DNA of 64,000 nucleotides, taken from the NCBI GenBank assembly GCA_964434535.1, contig CAYSWA010000003.1, forward strand, positions 102,570 through 166,569, in the 5' to 3' direction. Origin of the DNA: an uncultured candidatus Brocadiaceae bacterium (GTDB taxonomy: Bacteria > Planctomycetota > Brocadiia > SM23-32). Within the stretch, counting starts at the first letter, position 1. The number at the start of each line of letters is the position of its first letter. A program made the translations under genes and the position numbers. Shown here piece after piece: positions 55,217 through 64,000 of the stretch. Under the pieces are notes generated by a model that saw only the letters and a program-made list of their open reading frames with translations, made no database searches and was not told where the DNA came from.

Positions 55217-56521
55217 ATGGCAACAACCCGGACGGAAAGCAACCTGGACGAGGTGCTGGGCGCGGAACTGGACCGCGACAACTTCGGGCGGCTCGTCGAG
55301 TGCCTCTACGAGAGCTACGCCAGCGTCGACACCACCGACACGCGCATCCGCGAGCTGGAATCGAAGCTGGAGGGGCTCAGCGACGAGGAGGAGCGCGACC
55401 TGACCGAGAAGCTCGGCGTGCTGCACGTCGCCCGCGGCAACTACGGGCGCGCCGCCGAGCTGCTGGGGGCCGTGCGCACCCGAAAGAACGCCGCCCACTT
55501 CCTGGGCCGCGCCTACCTGAAGCTCGGCCGCGCCGAGGAGGCCCTGGACGAGCTCGCGGCCGGCCGCGCCGGCGACGACGACCTGGAGAGCGACGTGCTC
55601 ATGGTCGAGGCCCACTGCGAGCTGCGCCAGCCCGACCAGGCCGAGAAGGCCCTCAAGGGCCACAAGGGCGACGAGCCGGAGCTGACCTACGCCCGCGCCC
55701 ACATCGCCGAGACCCGGGGCGAATACGGCGAGGCGATGGAGCTCTACGAGTCCGTCATCGAGGAGCATCCCGGCCACGCCCCGAGCCTGTTCCGCCTGGC
55801 GCTGAACTGCGACCTGAACGGCGACGACGACCGGGCCATGGAGCTCTACCGCCGCTGCACGAACCTGCGCCCGACCTACGTGGGGGCGCTGATGAACCTG
55901 GGCGTCCTCTACGAGGACCACGGAATGTACTACGAGGCGATCGACTGCTACAAGCGGGTGCTCGCCATCGACCCCCGCCACCGGCGGGCCCGCCTCTACC
56001 TGAAGGGCGCCGAATCGTCGCTGAGCATGTTCGTGGACATGGCGAAGACGCGGCGCATGCGGCGCCTGGAGGAGGTCTTCAGCCTGCCGGTCAGCAGCTT
56101 CGAGCTCAGCTCCCGCAGCCGCAACGCCCTGGACCGGCGGGACGTCACGACCCTGGGCGGGCTGGCGCAGTTGACGCGCGAAGAGCTGCTGAAGGAGCGC
56201 AACTTCGGCGACACCAGCCTGGAGGAGATCGAGCAACTGCTGGCCCGCTACGACCTGGAGCTCGGCGAGCAGGGCGGCGAGGCCGTCCCCGGCGCCGGCG
56301 TGATCGACAACGAGATGCTGGAGAAGCTGAGCATGCCCATCGAGGCGCTCGACTTCTCCGGCCGCTGCCGCAAGTGCATGGACAGTCTGGGGATAACCAC
56401 CGTGGGCGGGCTGGTGCAGCGCACCGAGGGCGAGCTGCTCGCCGTGCCGAACTTCGGCGAGACCAGCCTGGAAGAGATCAAGCAGAAGCTGGACGAGCTG
56501 GGCCTATCGCTGAAGGGCTGA
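55217..56521 (+). CDS. TPR-repeat protein with two RNA polymerase alpha C-terminal domains
   Basis: TPRs (e.g. ALMNLGVLYEDHGMYYEAIDCYKRVLAIDP), then two alpha-CTD copies (ELSSRSRNAL...ELLKERNFGDTSLEEI and DFSGRCRKCM...QRTEGELLAVPNFGETSLEEIK). Confidence 0.9.
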   Translation: MATTRTESNLDEVLGAELDRDNFGRLVECLYESYASVDTTDTRIRELESKLEGLSDEEERDLTEKLGVLHVARGNYGRAAELLGAVRTRKNAAHFLGRAYLKLGRAEEALDELAAGRAGDDDLESDVLMVEAHCELRQPDQAEKALKGHKGDEPELTYARAHIAETRGEYGEAMELYESVIEEHPGHAPSLFRLALNCDLNGDDDRAMELYRRCTNLRPTYVGALMNLGVLYEDHGMYYEAIDCYKRVLAIDPRHRRARLYLKGAESSLSMFVDMAKTRRMRRLEEVFSLPVSSFELSSRSRNALDRRDVTTLGGLAQLTREELLKERNFGDTSLEEIEQLLARYDLELGEQGGEAVPGAGVIDNEMLEKLSMPIEALDFSGRCRKCMDSLGITTVGGLVQRTEGELLAVPNFGETSLEEIKQKLDELGLSLKG

Positions 56522-56530
56522 CGGGGGCGG

Positions 56531-57112
56531 ATGATCGAGTTCCTCCAGGGCGAACTCGCCGGGAAGGACCCCTCGGCCGTCACCGTGCGCGTCGCCGGCG
56601 TCGGCTTCATCGCCCAGGTCCCCCTCTCCACCTTCGACGTCCTCCCCCGCGAGGGCGCCGAGGTCAGGCTGCTGACCCACCTCTACATGCGCGAGGACGG
56701 ACCGAGCCTCTACGCCTTCGCCACCGACGTGGAGCGCCGCCTCTTCCGCATGCTGCTCGGGGTGAGCCGCGTCGGGCCGGGCATGGCGATCCAGGTGCTC
56801 GGCAGTTGCTCGCCCGCCGACTTCAAGCGCTACATCCTGGACGAGGACGCCGAAGGGCTGAAGTCCATGGTCAAGGGCATCGGGGCGAAGACGGCGCGGC
56901 GGCTCATCGCCGAGCTCCAGGGCCCGATCGAGCAGCTGCCCGTCGCCCCGGCCCGCTCGGTCGCCAGCCGGGCCGCGCGCGACGCCGTGCAGGCCCTGGC
57001 CGCCCTGGGCGAGTCGCACGTCGCCGCCCAGAAAGCCGTCCAGGCGGCCGTCCAGCAGCTCGGCACCGAGGCGAGCGCCGAGGAGCTGGTCGAGCTGGCC
57101 CTGAAGTCCTGA
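56531..57112 (+). CDS. ruvA: Holliday junction branch migration protein RuvA
   Basis: MIEFLQG, GVG, YMRED, LYAF, VSRVGP, GIGAKTARRLIAEL, ALAALG. Confidence 0.95.
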   Translation: MIEFLQGELAGKDPSAVTVRVAGVGFIAQVPLSTFDVLPREGAEVRLLTHLYMREDGPSLYAFATDVERRLFRMLLGVSRVGPGMAIQVLGSCSPADFKRYILDEDAEGLKSMVKGIGAKTARRLIAELQGPIEQLPVAPARSVASRAARDAVQALAALGESHVAAQKAVQAAVQQLGTEASAEELVELALKS

Positions 57113-57146
57113 CGCCCCCTCTGGCCGGCCGCAACCGGGGAGGAAG

Positions 57147-58181
<1,035 letters not shown>

Positions 58182-58197
58182 CCGCGAGGGAAGGGCC

Positions 58198-58761
58198 GTG
58201 AAAGTGCTGCTGCACATCTGCTGCGGCCCGTGCGCCATCGTGCCCCACGAGGAGCTTACGGCGCAGGGCCACCACGTCACGGGCTACTTCTACAACCCGA
58301 ACGTGCACCCGCTGATCGAGTTCCGCCGCCGGCTGAAGGCGTCGAAGGTGCTCCAGCAGCGGGTCCCCATCGCGGTCATCTACGAGGAGGACTACGGGCT
58401 GGAGGAGTTCCTCCGGGCCGTGGCCTGGGAGGCCGGCGCGCTGGAGAGGTGCCGCACCTGCTACCGCCTGCGCCTGGAGCGCACGGCCCGCCGCGCCGTC
58501 GAGGGCGGGTTCGAGGCATTCTCCACCACGCTGCTCGGCAGCACCCACCAGCACCACGAGGCCGTGCTGGCGGTCGGGCGGGAATCCGCCCCCCGCCATG
58601 GTGTAGACTTCCTGGAGGCCGACTGGCGGCCGCGCGCCGAGCAAGGACACGAGCGCGCCGGCAGGATGAACCTCTACCGCCAGAGCTACTGCGGGTGCAT
58701 CTTCAGCGAGTGGGAACGCTTCCGCCACACCACCCGCCACCTCTACGGCGGCGAGCGTTGA
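58198..58761 (+). CDS. queH: Epoxyqueuosine reductase QueH
   Basis: LLHICCGPC, FYNPNVHP, RCRTCY..RL, LYRQSYCGCIFS. Confidence 0.93.
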   Translation: MKVLLHICCGPCAIVPHEELTAQGHHVTGYFYNPNVHPLIEFRRRLKASKVLQQRVPIAVIYEEDYGLEEFLRAVAWEAGALERCRTCYRLRLERTARRAVEGGFEAFSTTLLGSTHQHHEAVLAVGRESAPRHGVDFLEADWRPRAEQGHERAGRMNLYRQSYCGCIFSEWERFRHTTRHLYGGER

Positions 58762-58804
58762 GCCGGCCGGCCCGCGCCGACCTCCGAGCGACGGTGGTGA
58801 ACCG

Positions 58805-60028
58805 GTGAACGAGTGGACCACGCACGGCGCGCCGCCCGAGCGCGCCGGCAGGACGCTCGGCCAGAAGGCGTGCATCGCGCTGGCCGCGCTGGTGCTGGCC
58901 GGGGGCGCGGTGGCGCTGCTGCTCTCCTGCTGCCCCATGCGCCGGCCGCTGCCCGTGGTGCCCGTCCTGCCGCCGGCGGCCCCCGAGGTCGGCCCGCCGC
59001 CGTCCCTGGTGCGGGTGCGGATCCACCGCCGCGCGGAAGCGCTCACCGCAAGCTGCCCCGGCGGCGGCACGTGGTACGGCGTTGCGGACGCAGAGCGGCG
59101 GCTCGCCGACCTCGGGGCCGGCCCCTGGCGGCTGGGCGCCGCCGGTGGGCGCCTCGTCCTGGACGGCGCGCTCCAGCCCGAGGCGCGCCTGGAGCTGCTC
59201 CCCAACGAGGGCACGTTCCAGGTCGGCGAGCGGACCTACCGGGGCGCGCTGATCGCCACCGCCGCCGAGGACGGCAAGCTCGACCTCGACAACGCCCTGC
59301 CCCCGGAGGACTACCTGCGCAGCGTGGTGGGCAGCGAGATGTACGCCCGCTGGCCGCTGGAGGCCCTGATGGCCCAGGCCGTCGCGGCCCGCACCTTCAT
59401 GCTCTACACCTGCGCCACCAGGGGCTACCTGACCACGGTGGACATGGCCTACAAGGGCACGAGCGCCGAATCGAGCGCCACCGACCTGGCCGTCAGGCTC
59501 ACCGAGGGCATCATCCTGACCTACCAGGGCCGCATCCTGCACGCCTACTTCCACAGCACCTGCGGGGGGCAGACGACGAGCGTGGACAAGGCATTCGCCG
59601 ACGAGCCGATCCCGCCCCTGTCCGGCGTGCCCTGCACCTACTGCCGCCAGAGCCCCTACTACGGGTGGGAGGCCGAGCTCGCCGCCGCGCGCATACCTCA
59701 CCTGCTGGACGACGAGCGCGTGAAGGCCGTCCACTCTATCCGCCCCGAGGGAACCGCGCCGGACGGCGTGGCGCGCTACGTGGTGCTGAACGACGAGGTG
59801 CGGATGGCGGCGGGGGCGTTCCGCCTATCGGTGGGGGCCGACCTGCTGCGCAGCGCGCGCTTCACCGTGCAGCGGCGGGGCGGGCGGTTCATCTTCCGGG
59901 GCGGCGGCTACGGGCACGGCGTGGGGCTGTGCCAGTGGGGGGCGCGCGGCCTGGCCGAGGCGGGCCGCACGTGGCGGCAGATCCTGGCCCACTACTACCC
60001 CGGCGCGTCGCTGCGGCAGGCTTACTGA
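58805..60028 (+). CDS. SpoIID/LytB-domain lytic transglycosylase-like protein
   Basis: TM anchor, YRG, EDYLRSVVGSEM, EALMAQAVAART, FHSTCGG, GYGHGVGLCQWGA, ILAHYYPG. Confidence 0.9.
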   Translation: MNEWTTHGAPPERAGRTLGQKACIALAALVLAGGAVALLLSCCPMRRPLPVVPVLPPAAPEVGPPPSLVRVRIHRRAEALTASCPGGGTWYGVADAERRLADLGAGPWRLGAAGGRLVLDGALQPEARLELLPNEGTFQVGERTYRGALIATAAEDGKLDLDNALPPEDYLRSVVGSEMYARWPLEALMAQAVAARTFMLYTCATRGYLTTVDMAYKGTSAESSATDLAVRLTEGIILTYQGRILHAYFHSTCGGQTTSVDKAFADEPIPPLSGVPCTYCRQSPYYGWEAELAAARIPHLLDDERVKAVHSIRPEGTAPDGVARYVVLNDEVRMAAGAFRLSVGADLLRSARFTVQRRGGRFIFRGGGYGHGVGLCQWGARGLAEAGRTWRQILAHYYPGASLRQAY

Positions 60029-60046
60029 GCAGAGCGGGCCGGCCGC

Positions 60047-60886
<840 letters not shown>

Positions 60887-60944
60887 CGGTCTCGCCTCCC
60901 GTCCTATTGTCTCGGCGCCCGCGGGGGCACCGTCGTGTTGCACC

Positions 60945-62348
60945 TCACGCCTCCACGCGCATCGCCTGGACCGGTTCCATGCGGGCCGCGCGGAACGCCG
61001 GGTAGATGGCAGCCACCACGCTCAGCACGATGCCGACCCCCAGCGCCACGCCCACCCATGCCGCCAGGCGCAGCCCGGGGAAGAACTGCAGCGCCAGCCA
61101 GTGGCTCGTGCCCGTCTCCAGGTCCTGAACGTGGTAGGTGAACAGCGCGCGAACGAACGCGAGCCCGAAGCCCACCGTCGCCCCGATCAGCGAGCCGACC
61201 ACGCCCTGCAGGGACGACTCGATCAGGAACAGCTTCACCACGAACTTGTCGAGCGCCCCCAGGCATTTCATCGTGCCGATCTCGCGGAACCGCTCGGTCA
61301 CGCTCATCAGCATGGCGTTGGTGATGCCGACCACGCAGACCATCAAGCTCAGCGTAACCAGCCAGATGCCGCGCATGTCGCGCGTTTCGGTCTCGGCGCC
61401 GAGCCCTCGCGCGATGAGCCTGAGCAGCGGGCTGGCGCCGGGCTGGGCGAGGGCCCCGGGCGCCTGCGTCGTCTGCCCACGCACGAACCAGGAGATCACG
61501 TCCGGATCGGCCGCCGAGGAGGAGTCCACCACGTACCACACCACCCTGCCCTCGCCCGCCTTGCGCTGCCAGGCGACCACGTCCTGCCCGGCGGCGGCGA
61601 GGGGCTCTGCCTGCGCCGCGCCCTCGGTGCGCAGGAAGACGGCCCGGGGGTGCTGCGCCCAGCGCAGTTGGATGGCGCCGGGGGCGATCGTTATCTGCGC
61701 GCCGTCTGCCGCGAACGTCCCGTCGGCCGGCGCCGCCGGCAGCAGCTCAAAGAGCGGGTATGCGCCGCCCGGGCCGACGCCGGCGGCGCCGTAGACGATC
61801 AGTTTGCCGCCGTCGTTGACGAAACGGCCCAGCGCCGCCGCCACCTCGGGCTCGCCGAGAACGGGGGGCAGCCCCTCGGTGATCAGCACATCGGGCACGT
61901 CCTGCTCGGCGCCGAACAGCGCGGTCACGGCCTCCGGCTCGGGCAGGACGCGCTCGGCCTGGAAGCCTTCGGCGCCGACCAGATGACTGCGGATCCCCTC
62001 GGCGGGGGTGACCTTGCCGAAGACGACCTCCTCGGAGCCGGCCAGCACGGCGCATCGCACGCGGACCCCGCCGGCGGCGATCGCCTCGGCCTGGAGGGCG
62101 CTCTGCACCAGGGGGAACAGCTCGTGGTCTGCCGGCACGCGGCGCATCGCCCGGTCGAAGACGCCGGCCGTCCAGACCGACATCAGGAAGGCGATGGCCA
62201 GCACGATGCCGCTCATCGTGATCAGGGAGCGCCAGATCCGGATCCGTATGCCCTTCCAGGCGATCTCGAACGCCTTGCTCAGCGGCAGCACGATCTGCCT
62301 GCCGATCGCGCGACGACCCGGGGCCACTGCCTCGGAGGATTCCGCCAC
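60945..62348 (-). CDS. FtsX/MacB-like ABC permease with an inserted GATase-like soluble domain
   Basis: RSLITMSGIVLAIAFL, NAMLMSVTERFREIGTMKCLGA, IYPAFRAARMEPVQAMR. Confidence 0.88.
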   Translation of the reverse strand: MAESSEAVAPGRRAIGRQIVLPLSKAFEIAWKGIRIRIWRSLITMSGIVLAIAFLMSVWTAGVFDRAMRRVPADHELFPLVQSALQAEAIAAGGVRVRCAVLAGSEEVVFGKVTPAEGIRSHLVGAEGFQAERVLPEPEAVTALFGAEQDVPDVLITEGLPPVLGEPEVAAALGRFVNDGGKLIVYGAAGVGPGGAYPLFELLPAAPADGTFAADGAQITIAPGAIQLRWAQHPRAVFLRTEGAAQAEPLAAAGQDVVAWQRKAGEGRVVWYVVDSSSAADPDVISWFVRGQTTQAPGALAQPGASPLLRLIARGLGAETETRDMRGIWLVTLSLMVCVVGITNAMLMSVTERFREIGTMKCLGALDKFVVKLFLIESSLQGVVGSLIGATVGFGLAFVRALFTYHVQDLETGTSHWLALQFFPGLRLAAWVGVALGVGIVLSVVAAIYPAFRAARMEPVQAMRVEA

Positions 62349-62396
62349 CGACCACCTCCCCGTCTCAAAGCGCCGCGCCGGCGGCCGTTCGGCCGC

Positions 62397-62798
62397 CTAC
62401 TGCGCCGGCTCGTTCGGCTCGTTGATGACGAGCGCGATGATCGAGCGCCGCGCCAGCGTGCGCAGGAAGGCCGTGGTGGAGACCTCGGCCTCCCGCCGGC
62501 TCAGCCGGAACCGCTCGGCGAACTGCTCGCTGATCTCGCGCACGCAGTGCTCGCCATCGCATAGTTCTATGACGAACGTGCCGAGTTCGTCAAGTGCAAC
62601 CCGCTTGTAAGGCGGCATCCCGAAGAGCCGCGACAGCACCCGCATGGTGCTGGTGTCCGGGCGGGGGATCTGGAGCACGGCGTGGCCCTCCTCGTCGGCG
62701 TCCACCTTCACCAGGCGGGCCAGCACGGGGCGGGCGGAGAGGGCGGCCTCCCTGTCGAGCGCCGGCTCCTTGCCCTTGTTGCGGCCGAACAGCCGCAT
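62397..62798 (-). CDS. PqqD-family (RiPP recognition element-like) protein
   Basis: LDELGTFVIELCDGEHCVREI...F...FLRTLARRSII winged-helix pattern. GGAGG RBS; ATG at 62798. Confidence 0.82.
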   Translation of the reverse strand: MRLFGRNKGKEPALDREAALSARPVLARLVKVDADEEGHAVLQIPRPDTSTMRVLSRLFGMPPYKRVALDELGTFVIELCDGEHCVREISEQFAERFRLSRREAEVSTTAFLRTLARRSIIALVINEPNEPAQ

Positions 62799-62821
62799 GC
62801 CTTGGTCCTCCCCCCCGGCGC

Positions 62822-63754
62822 TCAGGCCGCCTCGGCGCAGCAGCGGAAGCTGCGCGCGGCCTGCTCGAAGGTCTCCAGGCGCCGCTCGGGGCCCTCGTAG
62901 CGGCAGATGAAGATGCGGTTGGTGGCATCGCAGTGCCAGCACCGGGCCTGCAGAACGCGGCCCCGCCCTACCAGCATCAGGGGGTTGACCAGCAGCCAGG
63001 GCCGCCCCTCCACCTCCAGGGCCGGGTGCCCCTTGAGCTGCGCCTCGCGCACGCGGAAGGTGCGCCGCTTCAGCGAGGGCCTGTAGAACTCGCCGAACCA
63101 CTCCTCCAGCCCCTTGTCGGCAAGCAAGACCTGGGCCAGGCTGACGCGCACGAACTCCAGCCGCTCCCGCCGCCCGCTCAGCGTCATGCGAACGCAGCCG
63201 GCATCCAGGCTCTTGCCGGCCACGCGCCACTGCGCCGGCGCGCTGAACTCCATCTCCAGGAACCGCCAGGGCAGCCAGTCGCCGTCGGGGTGGTCGCGCA
63301 GCGAGGCGAAGACGGTGCGCCCCAGCGACCTGGGCAGCCCTTCGCCGCCGTCGAGCAGTTGCACGTGCACGATGCGCTCGCACCCCTCGCAGCGGCTCAG
63401 CATGGCCAGCGCCTGGCGCTCGTCGCCCCAGCGGTAGCATTCGACCTGCTTGCCGGGCGGGGAGGCCACCCTCAGGTCACGCACGATGGAGAACTCCGCG
63501 CCGTGCTTGCGGGCCCTGCGCCTGAGCCGGGAGAGGTACTGGTCCACGAGCGCCGCGGGATCCTGCTCGCCTCGGCCGGGCTCCCAGCGCAGCTCCATGC
63601 GCATGGCGCGTCGGTCGGCGAGCTGCACGTAGCCGGAATCGTAGGTGCCTTCGGTCAGGACGAGGTGCCACTCGGCGGGAACGGTCAGGCGGATGCCCTG
63701 CCAGGCGAACGTCTTCAGCGCATCACCGCGTGTGCCTGGCCCCTCAGAGGTCAT
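62822..63754 (-). CDS. Hypothetical protein with internal duplication
   Basis: 310 aa, GC3 bias, operonic. Halves begin FAWQGIRLTVPAEW and WRFLEMEFSAPAQW. Confidence 0.75.
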   Translation of the reverse strand: MTSEGPGTRGDALKTFAWQGIRLTVPAEWHLVLTEGTYDSGYVQLADRRAMRMELRWEPGRGEQDPAALVDQYLSRLRRRARKHGAEFSIVRDLRVASPPGKQVECYRWGDERQALAMLSRCEGCERIVHVQLLDGGEGLPRSLGRTVFASLRDHPDGDWLPWRFLEMEFSAPAQWRVAGKSLDAGCVRMTLSGRRERLEFVRVSLAQVLLADKGLEEWFGEFYRPSLKRRTFRVREAQLKGHPALEVEGRPWLLVNPLMLVGRGRVLQARCWHCDATNRIFICRYEGPERRLETFEQAARSFRCCAEAA

Positions 63755-63759
63755 GCGAA

Positions 63760-64000
63760 TCAGCCCATCAGCGCGATCACGGCCTCGTCTTCGGTCTTAT
63801 AGATGTTGAACATCCTGTCGAAGCGCATGATCTCGAAGATCTCGTATATGCTGTCCTCGATGGCGCAGAGGGCGAGCTTGCCGCCGGCGGCCTGCACCTT
63901 CTTCAGCAGGCTGACCAGCTTGCCCATCACCGCGCTGCTCATGTAGGTGACCGAGCGGAAGTTGATGACGATCTTCTCCAGCTTGTGCTCGTCGACCAGC
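63760..64000 (-). CDS. STAS-domain anti-sigma factor antagonist (5' part beyond window)
   Basis: IVINFRSVTYMSSAVMGKLV...GGKLALC...IYEIFEI. Confidence 0.9.
   Translation of the reverse strand, partial: LVDEHKLEKIVINFRSVTYMSSAVMGKLVSLLKKVQAAGGKLALCAIEDSIYEIFEIMRFDRMFNIYKTEDEAVIALMG

Noticed and set aside
55217-56521. Second rpoA gene
   Set aside because: There is no alpha N-terminal dimerisation domain and no rpsD/rplQ context; only CTD copies are present.
62397-62798. PQQ biosynthesis cluster
   Set aside because: No pqqA, pqqB, pqqC, pqqE or other radical SAM maturase lies nearby. The only rSAM gene, lipA, is unrelated.

Overview
Very GC-rich (roughly 70% or more, judged by eye) bacterial chromosomal segment. 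It is probably from an anaerobic Planctomycetota-like organism; this is inferred from the TPR plus tandem RNAP alpha-CTD protein, Rnf, an ASKHA corrinoid activase, a sulfatase and KdsA. Most of it is housekeeping: an EF-G paralog, rpsB-tsf-pyrH-frr, folD, dnaE-ruvC, a split and rearranged rnf cluster, tig-clpP-clpX, pyrE-purB, prs, lpdA-lipB-lipA with a free lipoyl domain, holB-rsgA, kdsA-nadD and ruvAB-queH-spoIID. Carbohydrate genes and an ECF sigma/anti-sigma pair are also present. I saw no rRNA, tRNA, CRISPR array or transposase. Main points of interest: (i) an uncharacterised operon joining a stand-alone PqqD/RRE protein, an internally duplicated hypothetical protein and a MacB/FtsX-type ABC system, with no RiPP enzymes in view; (ii) a TPR plus 2x alpha-CTD protein heading the ruvAB operon; (iii) a modular family of short intergenic repeats, including a REPIN-like hairpin with compensatory changes; (iv) a lipoate system with no E2 catalytic core in the window; (v) a FolD that lacks the cyclohydrolase residues. 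All calls come from motif recognition by eye; no database searches were run.
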